Shown here: piece after piece, positions 1 to 11,856 of the stretch | Layout of the letters: every line of letters begins with the position of its first letter | Position numbering within the stretch: position 1 is the first letter of the stretch | Source: a virus | Taxonomy: Duplodnaviria > Heunggongvirae > Uroviricota > Caudoviricetes | DNA: 64,000 bases | Direction: 5' to 3' (one strand) | Virus record (IMG/VR): IMGVR_UViG_2574179769_000003 | Coordinates: 13,748 to 77,747 of that record | Notes under the pieces: model-generated | The model's database searches: none | What the model saw: only the letters and a program-made list of their open reading frames with translations | What the model was told of the DNA's origin: nothing | Translations under genes and position numbers: made by a program

Positions 1-253
1 CATACGCCACAGCGTTTTTATTTTCATAATAAAATTTAAATTCTTTATTTTTTCCATATTTGTTATTTGCTTCATTAAAATCATTTTTATTTCTAAAAAA
101 CATATCTATATCTTTTATATGTTCGCCATTAAAGATATTTTTAAAACAACCACCTGCTATAATCCCACTTGTTCCAATTAAATATTTTTTTAAAAACAAT
201 AGTTTGAAAAACTCTTCTTCTTCTCTCTCAATATACTCCATTATATCTCCTCC
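1..253 (-). CDS. hypothetical protein, truncated by window edge (no stop before position 1)
   Basis: Minus-strand open frame from ATG (253..251) preceded by GGAGGAGATATA RBS; reads MEYIEREEEEFFKLLFLKKYLIGTSGIIAGG... to the window edge. Absent from the ORF track because it is incomplete. Confidence 0.4.
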
Positions 254-254
254 T

Positions 255-512
255 TTATTTTCCATCGCAACCATCCAAATCTATTGCTTGACCGCATTTA
301 GGACAATATTCAAATTCAGCATATACTATTTCATACCATAGCACTTTTCCATTAGGACAGATGATTTCTATATCAGGTTCTCCTTCTGTCCCAATGTGAA
401 TGGGTATCATGTTTTGAGTATAAAACAATCCAACATTTCTACGCATTGGTATGCATCCTAACTCACTCATTTTAACCATGATTTCATTTTGTAGTTTTGT
501 TTCAGGATTCAT
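255..512 (-). CDS. small protein, possibly VRR-NUC-like nuclease
   Basis: 85 aa ORF; GEPDIEII...YEIV segment loosely resembles the VRR-NUC G-x-PD...E-x-K core; CPKCGQ zinc-ribbon-like tail. Confidence 0.3.
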   Translation of the reverse strand: MNPETKLQNEIMVKMSELGCIPMRRNVGLFYTQNMIPIHIGTEGEPDIEIICPNGKVLWYEIVYAEFEYCPKCGQAIDLDGCDGK

Positions 513-516
513 GGGT

Positions 517-1029
517 TTACCTCATTGCACATTGTACAGGATAGAAACGGTTTTCTTCAAATTTAATAGTTTCATATCTTTTTGTGTTTATGTTATTATT
601 ATGTATAAGAATATCGATTTCATTTTTCTTTTTATACAATTCACCTATTTCAAAACATTCTTCCCAATAGCTATCCCATACCCACATATCAGGCTTTAAA
701 TCTTCAAGTTTGTATGGTTTTATTGTATTATCAGCCAATTTAATATTCTCATTGTTATTTAATAGAATTGCCTTGGCAGTTGCTAAACCGTTATACAATC
801 CAATCATGTAGCTATCTGTTAAGTTATTCTTTTGTGCTTCGATAACTTTATTTAAATAATCAATACCATTAAAATAATCTGTTATTAAATCGTATAAGAA
901 ACCTTTTAAATCATTTACATTGTCATCATCATTGAGCATAAAATTATCGTTTAAGGCATTAACACAATAAATTAAAAATTCCTTTTCACTAACATTATGC
1001 TTTTTTATATATTCTTCTTTACTCGACAT
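517..1029 (-). CDS. hypothetical protein
   Basis: 170 aa ORF, tightly packed in minus-strand operon (4-bp overlap with the next gene). Confidence 0.5.
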   Translation of the reverse strand: MSSKEEYIKKHNVSEKEFLIYCVNALNDNFMLNDDDNVNDLKGFLYDLITDYFNGIDYLNKVIEAQKNNLTDSYMIGLYNGLATAKAILLNNNENIKLADNTIKPYKLEDLKPDMWVWDSYWEECFEIGELYKKKNEIDILIHNNNINTKRYETIKFEENRFYPVQCAMR

Positions 1030-1408
1030 CTTCTTCTACCTCTTTGTTATCTCTTTCGATACACTTATCTATCATATTTTTTATTTCTTCTTTAGTGAAG
1101 TTACATAAACTTACGCAACCGTTTATACTCCAATTCTTATATGCACCAATACCCTTGCCCTGATAACTAAATCCATGTTGTTTAAAACCATATTTGCCAT
1201 TATCTAATGGTTTAAATTCTTCATATTGTAATTCTATATAATAATCATATCTTTTAGATGATTTATAATACTCTAATGGTACTTCGTTTTGAGTTTGTGA
1301 ATATGTAACCACTTCATGTAATGCTTTTTTATATTCTTTAACAACGTCTAACTGCTCCAAGCTATGTAATGTGTCAGCATACTCTAATATTTCTTCTCTA
1401 GTTGGCAT
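1019..1408 (-). CDS. hypothetical protein
   Basis: 129 aa ORF, overlaps its neighbours by a few bp, typical phage operon packing. Confidence 0.5.
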   Translation of the reverse strand: MPTREEILEYADTLHSLEQLDVVKEYKKALHEVVTYSQTQNEVPLEYYKSSKRYDYYIELQYEEFKPLDNGKYGFKQHGFSYQGKGIGAYKNWSINGCVSLCNFTKEEIKNMIDKCIERDNKEVEEDVE

Positions 1409-1661
1409 CTTCTAACCACCCTTTACCTACAAATTTTTTAAATACTTCTTTAGGTGATAAACAATTTTTCCCGCTTTCTTTAATAACTTGGTGGATATGG
1501 TTACAATCAACAATACTACTTAATCCAAATTTCCCTTTAAATAATACGCTTGCAATTACATATTTTTCTTCAACACCCCTATGCAATGTACAATCGGGAC
1601 ATAATTCGTTTAATAATAAGACTAATTTTACTTCCATTCTAAGTTGCTTTTTTTCATTCAT
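1398..1661 (-). CDS. putative HNH-type endonuclease / zinc-binding protein
   Basis: 87 aa; CPDC...H...CNHIH arrangement resembles an HNH/His-Me finger with a Cys pair. Confidence 0.3.
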   Translation of the reverse strand: MNEKKQLRMEVKLVLLLNELCPDCTLHRGVEEKYVIASVLFKGKFGLSSIVDCNHIHQVIKESGKNCLSPKEVFKKFVGKGWLEDAN

Positions 1662-1703
1662 TCTTCATCACTCCTTTTAATTCTCCTTTTTCTATATAAT
1701 TTG

Positions 1704-2000
1704 TTATATTTTCTGGCTTTTTATATACCCTAGCTGATTAGTTGATAATTTTCCCTGTTTTGTATAGCTATGAAACTCATATTGATAAGAAGCAATAAGA
1801 GTATATCCATCTTTACGTATTAATATTTTTCCTTTTTTCCATTCCCTCTTATTTCTAGTCCACACATAAAATTCAACATCTTTATCTAATCCATTTTTTT
1901 CTAAAAATTCTTCATATACCTTATATTGAATTTTATTAAAATCCTCTATGTGTTGCTGTAATTCTTTTTCTTTAATTCTCAATTTCTGTAATTTTTCCAT
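1704..2000 (-). CDS. hypothetical protein
   Basis: 98 aa ORF directly downstream of a consensus minus-strand promoter. Confidence 0.5.
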   Translation of the reverse strand: MEKLQKLRIKEKELQQHIEDFNKIQYKVYEEFLEKNGLDKDVEFYVWTRNKREWKKGKILIRKDGYTLIASYQYEFHSYTKQGKLSTNQLGYIKSQKI

Positions 2001-2153
2001 TTTCTTTCACTTCCATTTTTAACAATTCTTTTTGCTTATGCCTATAATCTATCCCTAACAATTTCTTTTTTCATATTCCTTATATAACATACTTTGCTAA
2101 GTGACATCATAAATAATTTTTTTAGGAAGAACTTAGTTTTCTTCCACGTGTAT

Positions 2154-2182
2154 ACTATACACCAAACACAAGTTGATGTCAA
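2154..2182 (-). promoter_or_regulatory. sigma-70-type promoter (TTGACA-17-TATAGT) embedded in the repeated ACTTTGCTAGTTGACATC motif
   Basis: Minus-strand reading: TTGACA (2182..2177), 17 bp spacer, TATAGT (2159..2154); drives ORF 1704..2000. Confidence 0.6.
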
Positions 2183-2198
2183 CTAGCAAAGTAAAATT

Positions 2199-4350
2199 TT
2201 ATATATTTAACCATGTATTTCTACTTAAGTTTTCTTTTTTTAGTATTGCTCTATTGACCGTATCTAAATCTCCTATATGGAAACACTTTTCTTTCATTCT
2301 TGTAAGCCCAACATAAATCAAATTGCTATTGAGCATATAAGTGTGACTTGATGGTGTAAATAAAATTACCACCTTGGCAGCGGAACCTTGAAATTTATGC
2401 AGCGTACAAGAATATGCTAATTCGACATTTTGCATATCCGTCTTTTCATATCCAACAAGCAAACCATTGAAATCTATTACAATCAAGCCTCTTTTTGTAA
2501 TATCAACTATTACCCCTGATTCACCGTTTGCAATAAACGTTTGTTCGTTGATAAAGTCATAACAATCTTCGCCCCACATTGTTCCCTTTGAAACAAGAAA
2601 AGCTTTTCGATTATTTTTTGTTTGCATTACAATATCGTTAACATAAAAATTTGTGTTATGCGCTTCGATATGAATATCTGACACCTTACGTTCTTTGTTA
2701 GCTATTGGTTGTAACAATCTGTTAATATTTATACACCCATAATCACCTTTGCGATATGATGACAATACAACCACATCTGAGGTAGAATATCTTTCCAATG
2801 TTTTCGCATAAACTTTTTTTTATACAGTCTAATCCAGCCTCCTTGTCATAGTTCATAAATAAATAATCTTTGTTTTCTCCAAATGCAGTAACTTTATTAT
2901 CATATTTTGTTAGATACAGTTTACAATTTCTTACATCAGTAGCTACTTTCATCAATCCACCCTCGCCATATCTAAATACCTTTGTCAGCATGGTTTTAGG
3001 TATTTTTTTTGATGTCAGTAAGTCATGCATTACGTTTCCACAACCTACTGATGGTAACTGGGCAGGGTCACCTATTACTAGTAGTTTGGTTATATTAAAG
3101 TCGATTGCTTCCAATACAGTTTTGAACAAGAATACATCTGCCATCGAAAACTCATCGATTATAAGCACATCGCAATTCAATTTATTAAACGAGTTATATC
3201 TCCATGTAGGCGGTTGATACCCCAATCCAGTATGAATTGTTTCGGCTTTTGATCCAGTATATTCCGATAAAACTTTGGCAGCTTTTCCAGTTGGTGCAAA
3301 CAAAGCAAACCACTTACTCTTATCTGTTAACATATTAATAATAGCTTTTGCTGAAAACGACTTTCCCGTTCCTGAATATCCGACTAAAATACTAAATTGA
3401 GATTTACATAAATTATGAATGCTAGACAACTGATCATCAGTCAATTCGTATTCATCAATAGTTCTGTAATTTTCAGGATTAACTTCGTATATATCATTGA
3501 TTTCTAACGCCTCATTTATTCTGTATTTTATATACATTTCGGCTTCGTATGTAACTTTTCTCGATACAAAAACATCATTATTTTTATCCTTATTGTAATA
3601 AATATCATCATCTTTGATTGCTTCAAAGAAATGTTGTGAACATTCAGGGGTTACACTTTTAACGATTGATAACAATTTTAGAATATTTATTCTAGTACTT
3701 CCGTTATTTTCAGTTTCGGTAAGATTATATAAAATGCACTCTCTACACCTTTGTAAAGAGGTTCTTAAATTATAACCGAACTCAACAATTCTGTTTTTTT
3801 GAAGTTTTAAAAGTAATTCATCTGCACTTTTAAAACCAATTCCACTCAAAGAACACATACATTTATATGGTTCTTGAATAATTTTTTTACGTACAATTTC
3901 GATTGAAGTATACTTGCTGTACATTTTTCTTAATACATTTAATGAAATATATCCTTTAAATTCATTAATAAGGTCAATTAACATAAAATTATCAATTATT
4001 TTATTCTTGATTTTTTCAAATGTAACATCTTTAATACCTTTAACTAATGACAAATCAACATCTTCATTATCCAGAACCATTTGGATAATATTCGGATAAT
4101 GAAGATACAATTCTGAGGCTTGCCTTTCTGTACATATAGTTCTAAGAAATTGATATGTTTCTTGCTGATTCACTGGTTTATCTCTTGATATCGAAACTAC
4201 TTTATATGTTGTTCCATATTTGTTTTTAGTTGGTATTCCAGTAATTTTATAGTCAGTATTTAAATCCAATTCAGATATTTCTCCCATAATAGACACATTT
4301 CCGTAATTATTTGCAATTACCCTAGGATTTGATTTAAAATCAACATTCAT
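2199..4350 (-). CDS. RecD/TraA-like SF1 DNA helicase (two ORFs joined across an A8 homopolymer frameshift near 2806..2813)
   Basis: Walker A LVGYSGTGKSF, Walker B VLIIDEFSM, VIGDPAQLPSV motif; the downstream fragment carries AYSCTLHKFQGS (helicase motif VI) and YVGLTR. Removing one A from the A8 run fuses the frames (DCIKKVYAKTLERYSTSD). Confidence 0.75.
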
Positions 4351-4424
4351 AGCATATATCCTAAAATTTTCTTTAGAGAAGGTACATCTATTTACTTGCC
4401 CTGTAAATACCGTTTCTTTTTCTT

Positions 4425-7400
4425 CTATAGTTTTATCACCTCATAATCATTTAATATTTCTTCTACTTCATCAGTTGCTATCCATTTCCCTTCAGCATCA
4501 GGTCGCTTTTTAAATTCTTTATCTAACTCCTTTATGCTTAAAACCGAAAACTGGTCAAATGGGTTGTCTCTGAATTTTTTTCCTCTTTTAATTCTTGTTT
4601 TTATCTCTTGTCCATTGTTTAAGTTTCTTATAATTAATCTTGGGGTTGTTGGATTATTTCCTATAACAAAATCTATAACTATATAATACATATTGTTTAT
4701 TTCAGAGTTTGAATAATCAGTATATCCTAAATTTTCAATTTCAAATTTTATCTGCTTTACTACTGGCATTGGTTTTGGGCAAACTTTCTCTAAAGTTATT
4801 GATAGTTCTTTCAAAAGGCTCAAATTATCAATATCTCTATATTGTTTTGGAGTAATTTTTTTTGAATACTTCTCTAAATAATATTCCGATATTCCTATTT
4901 TTTCTAATTTAGATTTTGAAATAATTTTAGCGTTTCTTAATTGAATGTATTTATTATAAACTTCTTCCAAATAAACGTTATTGCCAAAATCCGAAAAATA
5001 ATTAAGACCAATCAAAATCCTTGTTTGTCTTTCATCTAATGATGTTTTACTCATATCATCTAATAATTCTATAAAAGAACTATAGTTATTTTTTGCTAAT
5101 TCAAACAACTCTTCTGCGATCTGACCATTACAATATTTTATACTCTCAATGCCTTGATAGATTGAATTTGTTTTCTTATCCATATAAAATTCAGCCTTAG
5201 AATATCCAAATCTTATTCCATTAACATAACAACCTTTTTGGTTTATATAATTTTTAATATTTTTCATTTTATCAGCATCGCTTTTGTAAATATTTAGTGC
5301 AGCAGTAAACGTCTCTAATGGATAATAATGTCGCAAATATCCACAAGCAAATCCTAAGAATGAATATGGATCAGAATGATTCTTACTAAATAAATACGAA
5401 CTTGCATCTTCTATTACTTTTAAAAAATTGACAATTAATTCTTCTGATTCATTCTCTTTCACCCCATAATTTTCTTTCATAGTTTTAAAAAAGCCCTTTT
5501 TTATATCAGGAATATATTTTTCAGTACCAGTTTTTTTAGCAAAACCACGTCTTATTACATCTGCTTGACCCATCGAATATCCACAAAATATATGCAAGAA
5601 TTCTATAACTTGTTCTTGATATACGAGATACCCTAATGTTGGCGCCAGGAATTCATTTAATGCATAATGTCCATTATCTCTATATAATCCTTTAGCTAAA
5701 CTATCACGATAAGATGCGCCCGCAGGCCTTATTGCCCCATTTGCCATAGACATTAAGTCTATATATGAAAAATCTGGATTTTTTTCTCTTATTTTTTCAA
5801 TTACTTCTGGCTTTAATATATCTTTTAAATAATTACCTGCAAAATCTGATTCAAATTGAAAAATCAATGTGGTATCTTTAGCTAAATCTTCCCAAACATT
5901 CATATCAGTAAAATCCATATTTTCAGGTAATAAAAAGTCTATTTTTGCAAGCTTGCAGGTTTTATAAATTAGTCCAACACAGTCTAATCCAAGTACATCC
6001 AGTTTTACATAATTTAAAGAATCAATTTCTTTCATGTTGATTTGTGAAATTGGGTTTTTGTTTGTTTTACTTCTAAACGTTCCAAATTTTCCTTCAATCG
6101 GGTAAGGCGAAACTACTAGTCCAGCAGGATGAGAACCTACAGAAACTATAGTGCCTGATACCAAATCAACATATTTAAATAATTTTGGATATCGTTTTCG
6201 GTATAATTCATCAATTTCAAACTTTTTGTTATCATTTAAGAATACTGCATTGCTAATTTCTTGAGTTTCATTTAGCGACATTCCCAAAGCACGACCGATA
6301 TCCTTAATTGCACCTTTCATTTTGATAGTGTTAAATGTAATAATATCGCAACAATAAAGACCATCTCTTTTAAACAGATAATCTCTTACCATACCTCTGT
6401 CTTCATTAAACCAATCTGTGTCAATATCTGCTAAGGTAATTCTTTCGGTATTCATAAATCTTTCAAAATTCAAATTATATTTAATACTATCTATTTCAGT
6501 AATTCCCAACAGATATGCAATTACACTTCCAGAAACCGACCCTCGTGAGTATCCAAAATTCACTCCTTGTTTTTTTAGATATGACTTGTAATCTTCTTCA
6601 AGCAACAAAAAATCAATTGCCTCATTATGCTTATAAGTTTGCAACTCATAATTAATCCTTTGAATATAGTCTTTGTAATTTGGAAATTTGTTAATCCCCC
6701 TATTTTTTACACCTTCAACAATTTTTTTCAGTAATACACCTTCAGAATCGTCATACAATTTCGGATATTTTTTTGAATAATCTAATCTGAATTCTTCAAC
6801 CATATCACTCATTATGTTTGTATTCTCAATTGCTTGAAGATACACTTCTTCTGGTAATGCATTTTGAATTTTATATGCCTCAACTAACTCATCATATGTT
6901 TTGAAAGACATATCCCAATTATTTTCATCATTTCCAAAGTTCACCCTTTTACCAATCTGCAAAACTCTTCGCCCCTCTAAATCCTCTTTTGTTAAAGCGT
7001 GAGTGTCAGTTCCAGCGATTAACGGTATTCCAGTTGTATCACTTATATTCTTTAAATATTGATTATATTTTTTTGAAAAGCATCATTATGATGTTGCACC
7101 TCTAAAAAACATCTATGCTTGTTTTTTATTAATAAATTTAAAAATCTTTTTTGAATCGCTTTATCTCCCTTTGCAAGAATGCCACCTACGCAAGCTGTAG
7201 TAATGATAATATTGTCGCTGGTTTCTTCCAATTCTTTTAAGCTAATTCTAGGGTGATAATATTTATGATCTTCTTCAAACGCAATTGAAGATAGTTTATT
7301 TAGCTCTTCAACCCCATTGCCATTTTTTGCTATTAAAACACAATGATAATTATCTCGAATCTTCTCAGATAATTCTTCGGTAACATAAAATTCTTCAGCA

Positions 7401-7606
7401 TGAATATACTTCATTCCAGCTTTTTCAATTTCATCTTTTTTATGTTTCCATTCATATATGCATCCATGTTCTGCAAAGCCAAACGACTTCATACCAAGCG
7501 ATTTAGCATAATCAATATATTGATAGTATTTGTTAATACTATCAATATTTGTTACACCATTCGATAAATCTGAATGAACATGATAAAGAACATAATTTTT
7601 AGACAT
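4425..7606 (-). CDS. dnaE: DnaE-type DNA polymerase III alpha subunit with N-terminal PHP domain (frames joined across an A7 run near 7055..7062)
   Basis: PHP motifs YVLYHVHSDLSNG and, in the shifted frame, IAGTDTHAL; polymerase core GYSRGSVSGSVIAYLLGITEID...LADIDTDW. Probable ATG start at 7606..7604 (MSKNYVLYHVHS). One extra A in the A7 run restores a continuous frame. Confidence 0.8.
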
Positions 7607-8789
7607 CTGATAATAACTCCTCAAGCATATTATCAAAATCAATGTCAATTTCATTAGAAGTATTGTTATCACCATTACTAATAGATAGCAAATCAATACC
7701 TCCCTTTTCATTTTCTAATTGTTTTAAATATTCTTTATAAGGCAACAATAAATTAGCACTATAACCACACAACGTTGAGTAATAATAGCTTTGAGTTTTT
7801 ACACTATCCTTATCATCCCAAAACAATTTAGAATCATGACTAAGTTTATACATATCAGTTTTTTCATTGATTTCATCAATTGTATTGATTAATAAATCTT
7901 TCCACTGTTGTAATAATTCTTGTGTTACTTCAACATACACCCAACAGTCTTCAAATATAAATTTTTCTTTTATGTCATCAGGCAAACAGTCTATTGAGTT
8001 ATCTTGCATTACTTTCATTATATATTCATCGACTTGTTCACTATCGTATTTAAAATGTTTTAACCAAACCATTATATTAGACACCAGTGATTCGCCAAGT
8101 TTACATCTTTCGATTTCTCTAACTTTTTTCTTGCCATTTTTTTGTTCTATAGTAACATTTTGATACTTTAGAAAATTCCAGCCAATCTTAATTTTATTTA
8201 ATGGAATACCCAACTGATGAATTCCAATTGCATACAGTGCCAGCTGACCACATTCTTCCAATGCTTTTTTACCTTTATAGATAGTGCTTGTTTTAAAATC
8301 CCCAATTATACAATTACCATCTTTTGTTGTAATCAATATATCAATATATCCTTGCAATACAATATCATGTCTTAACTTTATCAAAATAAATTGCTCAATC
8401 ATTTTTTTATCAACTATTGATTTATGATTTTTAAAAAAATGTGTTAAATCTTCGTTATATTTAATTTTTATATTATTGTTTTTTTCGGAATTATTACGGT
8501 CAAATTTCAAATCAGCCAAATCAATATTTAACATCCAGCCATCTCGAAAACGCTCTATCATATCATTATATTGAATTTTCCCCTCATAATACTCCTCTAA
8601 AACACCGTGTGCTACCCCGCCTAGGGGTGCATACGCACAATTATTATTATCTTCAGGAATATGTTTAACGTATCTTAAAAAATATTCATAATGTGATGTC
8701 ATATAGGAATGCACCCTAGACCAACTCCACAGAAAATCAACAGAGTATTTTTTACATATTCCTGAAAGTTCTTCTTTTGTCTTTCTCAA
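7599..8789 (-). CDS. putative RecB-family PD-(D/E)xK exonuclease
   Basis: 396 aa; IGDFKTSTIYKGKK and QLALYAIGI resemble the DxK and QhxxY motifs of Cas4/RecB-like nucleases; sits inside the replication module. Confidence 0.5.
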   Translation of the reverse strand: MRKTKEELSGICKKYSVDFLWSWSRVHSYMTSHYEYFLRYVKHIPEDNNNCAYAPLGGVAHGVLEEYYEGKIQYNDMIERFRDGWMLNIDLADLKFDRNNSEKNNNIKIKYNEDLTHFFKNHKSIVDKKMIEQFILIKLRHDIVLQGYIDILITTKDGNCIIGDFKTSTIYKGKKALEECGQLALYAIGIHQLGIPLNKIKIGWNFLKYQNVTIEQKNGKKKVREIERCKLGESLVSNIMVWLKHFKYDSEQVDEYIMKVMQDNSIDCLPDDIKEKFIFEDCWVYVEVTQELLQQWKDLLINTIDEINEKTDMYKLSHDSKLFWDDKDSVKTQSYYYSTLCGYSANLLLPYKEYLKQLENEKGGIDLLSISNGDNNTSNEIDIDFDNMLEELLSDV

Positions 8790-9922
8790 TTTTTATTTTT
8801 TAAACTATCTAAGTATTTTTTATGTTCTTTTTCGTCATATTTTATTTTATACTTCATTAAAAATTCGAATATATTACTGCTCTTATCTGCAATAGAATCT
8901 TTGGGATTTAATAAATTATATTTATCATATGTGTAATAAACATTTCTGATACCATAAAATTTTTCGCACATATGACGTATTTCATTAATACTTATATCTT
9001 TATCCAAACTAATGATAATATCTACATTTAAACCAATTAAAATCCTTGCCTGTTCCGAACTTAATGTGTGTCCACTTAAAGCTACTCCAGTTGGATCTTT
9101 TCTAGAATGTCTTTTTAATACACTTTTTTCCGATTCATATACAACTACATAACCATATTTTGTTATATCTTCTTTATTTTCCCATAATCCATATAGGTTA
9201 TGACTTTTTGGGTAAGTAGGAGTAATAAAATATTTTTTTATTCCCAATTCTTCATAATTATCAATAACTGTTCTCTGATTATATCCTAGCAATTTACCAT
9301 CAAGCCAGTATCTTAAGGGAATTATATTTCTCTTATATAAGTGACTATATGCTAACCCGAATTTTTTTATGGTTTGTGGAACAATGCCTTCACGAAACCA
9401 ATCAATATGGATATACGGTATATAATCAATATTCTCCATTTCATCCAAATCTATGTCTTGTACATAAACAGTGCTTCGTTTGATTTTTTTAAACACTTCT
9501 AATGGATCATTAACTTGTTTTTTTACTTTAACATCTTTATTGTATGTTAATGGTATATCAAACAATTTGTGTACATATTTAATTGCTTCTCGAAAATCAA
9601 AATTTTGATTAGTTCTAGAAAAATTATACTGTATCAGTGTAAATATATCTGATTTGATCTCATCATTACTTTTAAAGTATTCTTCTCTTGTATAGTTACG
9701 AACATTAATATATTTATTATTATTAACAACTATACAAGAAGGATTATCTCCATCAATGTTCCCACAAGTAAAATATTCTTTATTTTTATTATATTTAATA
9801 TGATGACATCCAATTTCATTTAGAACATATTCGATCTTACAATTATTAAAAATGTATTCTTTTAGTTCTAATCCTGTCATCTTTAACCCTCTAATAATCC
9901 ATTGGAACGTTTGTGAATCCAA
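8786..9922 (-). CDS. dnaG: DnaG-like DNA primase (zinc-finger + TOPRIM)
   Basis: N-terminal CHH...C...C zinc-binding segment; TOPRIM-like YVVVYESEKSVL ... SLDKD acidic motifs; lies between the helicase loader/helicase and polymerase genes. Confidence 0.55.
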   Translation of the reverse strand: MDSQTFQWIIRGLKMTGLELKEYIFNNCKIEYVLNEIGCHHIKYNKNKEYFTCGNIDGDNPSCIVVNNNKYINVRNYTREEYFKSNDEIKSDIFTLIQYNFSRTNQNFDFREAIKYVHKLFDIPLTYNKDVKVKKQVNDPLEVFKKIKRSTVYVQDIDLDEMENIDYIPYIHIDWFREGIVPQTIKKFGLAYSHLYKRNIIPLRYWLDGKLLGYNQRTVIDNYEELGIKKYFITPTYPKSHNLYGLWENKEDITKYGYVVVYESEKSVLKRHSRKDPTGVALSGHTLSSEQARILIGLNVDIIISLDKDISINEIRHMCEKFYGIRNVYYTYDKYNLLNPKDSIADKSSNIFEFLMKYKIKYDEKEHKKYLDSLKNKN

Positions 9923-11342
9923 CTTCTTTCAAAATATTTCTACTTAAATCATGTTCAACTACTATCTGATATGTATTGGCTGCACCCTCTCTGTTTTTAA
10001 CAATAAATATTATTTGATAATGCTTATTATCAGCCAATCTTACTGGCACCTTTGACAATCCATTTTTACCAGCATACGTATAGATATTTAACGCCCGTTT
10101 ACCGCCTGGTCTTTCATCGTCAAATAATGTTCTTATCATCAAACAGGTACTTGCAGGATCAACAATATTTTTTGCCATACCAATATTGTCTTGAGTATAA
10201 TATCTTTGCATTACACTTCCTTTTGATAATTGAAATGTGATAAGTATATGTACATTTTTACTCTCTGGTTTTACAATATCGTTAATTTCAACCATGTTTT
10301 GTTGCATTTGCAACCATGCATGACTCTCAACCTTTCCTGCATCCATTTTATAAGTGTCTAGTGCAAAATATCTAATACCAAGACTTATGTATTTATTCAT
10401 AATTTTAATAACATTTTTAGTTTTATACTTTTTAAAAGGAATTATAGTAATAACATTATCTTTGTCTTTATTTTCTATCCATTTTGCTGCTTCAAGTAAT
10501 AATTCTTTGGTCTCATTTTTGAAAGAGCCATCTCTAACTGTTTGTTTTTGAAGATCTTTTTTTATAACATTATTGGCCACATATACCAAAAATTCACGTT
10601 GCCATTTTTTTAGTCCATCCTCATTAAGCATAATGACTATTTTCTCATTATTTTCAATAATGCTTGGTATCGTAGAACTTCTTAAAAAAGCAGATTTTCC
10701 AACATTAGAGAGCCCACCAATTAAAGTAATTGAACCCATATATTGTCCGCCAGTTTCATTAGTTAACATCCTCATGTTGTGATATGGTAAACCAACTGCC
10801 AACCCTTCATCTAATTCATCAATTAAATCTCTAATTTTGTAAGATATACTGTATGACTTCATATCTGTATCAGCATTGATGAATATATCATTAAACATAC
10901 ATTCATATTCTTCATAGATTTCTTCAGTTGTACAATCTATAAATTCTTTTAACTTGTTGTCATCAACAATAATTCCCATTTTACAGAGTTTTATTACTAT
11001 GTTCCATTTTTTCAATTCACTAATATATCCATTAAAATTATCTTCAGAAATATATTCGATAGCATTTTTTATAGTATTATAACCGCCAAAATTTTCATAA
11101 ACTGTTTTTAATTTTGGATGTTTTTCTAAATATAAACCAACAGTAATAACATCTAATACATTCTTTTTTTCAATATTATATAAGTCATTCACTATTGCAA
11201 AATATACCTTCCAAGCATTATTGGTAAAATCATTAATGCTTAATTCAACGTTGGATAATAATTCAGGTTTTTTAAATAATATTGAAACTATATTTGCTTC
11301 ACAAGGCAACTTGATTTCAGCAACCTTTTTAATAGTACTCAA
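9891..11342 (-). CDS. dnaB: DnaB-like replicative DNA helicase
   Basis: DnaB N-terminal domain-like start (EANIVSILFKKPELLSNVELSINDFTNNAWKVYFAI); P-loop GGLSNVGKSAF in a RecA-like C-terminal domain. Confidence 0.7.
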   Translation of the reverse strand: MSTIKKVAEIKLPCEANIVSILFKKPELLSNVELSINDFTNNAWKVYFAIVNDLYNIEKKNVLDVITVGLYLEKHPKLKTVYENFGGYNTIKNAIEYISEDNFNGYISELKKWNIVIKLCKMGIIVDDNKLKEFIDCTTEEIYEEYECMFNDIFINADTDMKSYSISYKIRDLIDELDEGLAVGLPYHNMRMLTNETGGQYMGSITLIGGLSNVGKSAFLRSSTIPSIIENNEKIVIMLNEDGLKKWQREFLVYVANNVIKKDLQKQTVRDGSFKNETKELLLEAAKWIENKDKDNVITIIPFKKYKTKNVIKIMNKYISLGIRYFALDTYKMDAGKVESHAWLQMQQNMVEINDIVKPESKNVHILITFQLSKGSVMQRYYTQDNIGMAKNIVDPASTCLMIRTLFDDERPGGKRALNIYTYAGKNGLSKVPVRLADNKHYQIIFIVKNREGAANTYQIVVEHDLSRNILKEVGFTNVPMDY

Positions 11343-11392
11343 CCTTTCTTTTTCATATCCATTTAATATATTTTTTTCTATAATACAACCTC

Positions 11393-11839
11393 TTACCAGT
11401 ATCCTTTTAATTTTTTATTTGTCTTTTTAGTTTTTGGTTTATATTTTGCTTTAAAATTATTTTCCAAATTAGTTAAATCGATTCCTTCTATTTTGCTTTT
11501 GGCTTTTTCAGATTCTTTAATTTTTGTATATAAATTGTTTAAATCACTCTCGACAATCTTTTTAATATATACAAATTTTGAATGTTCATTTTTAAAATTC
11601 TTTGTTTTAATTGCATAATCAATTTTATTTTTATTTAATTTAAACGACAATAAAATGATTTTAAACGGATAATGAGCATTATCCTTAATCTTTCGATTTT
11701 CAATTGCCTTACCCGTTTGCAATCCTTTTAAACCTAAAACAATATTAGAAGGAAGCGACTGATTCTGATCATAATTAAACACATTAAGTTTTACATATTG
11801 ATATAATTCATCCCAATCTTGTTTTTCTTGTTTAGTCAT
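11393..11839 (-). CDS. hypothetical protein
   Basis: 148 aa, basic C-terminus. Confidence 0.45.
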   Translation of the reverse strand: MTKQEKQDWDELYQYVKLNVFNYDQNQSLPSNIVLGLKGLQTGKAIENRKIKDNAHYPFKIILLSFKLNKNKIDYAIKTKNFKNEHSKFVYIKKIVESDLNNLYTKIKESEKAKSKIEGIDLTNLENNFKAKYKPKTKKTNKKLKGYW

Positions 11840-11856
11840 CGCTTCCTCCTTTAATT

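Noticed and set aside
60-699. Plus-strand ORFs 60-341 and 451-699
   Set aside because: Antisense to the minus-strand ORFs (partial gene 1-253, 255-512, 517-1029); low-complexity translations.
2870-4099. Plus-strand ORFs 2870-3217 and 3914-4099 (and similar plus ORFs such as 7867-8163, 10052-10782, 12167-12373, 14248-14535, 24358-24612, 29505-29699, 31504-31695, 32059-32322, 32611-33501, 36398-36820, 37840-38322, 40273-40500, 46126-46484, 48431-48742, 54394-54901, 55650-55928, 56485-56700, 58585-58773)
   Set aside because: All lie antisense inside well-supported minus-strand genes; hydrophobic, low-complexity translations typical of AT-rich antisense frames; no RBS.
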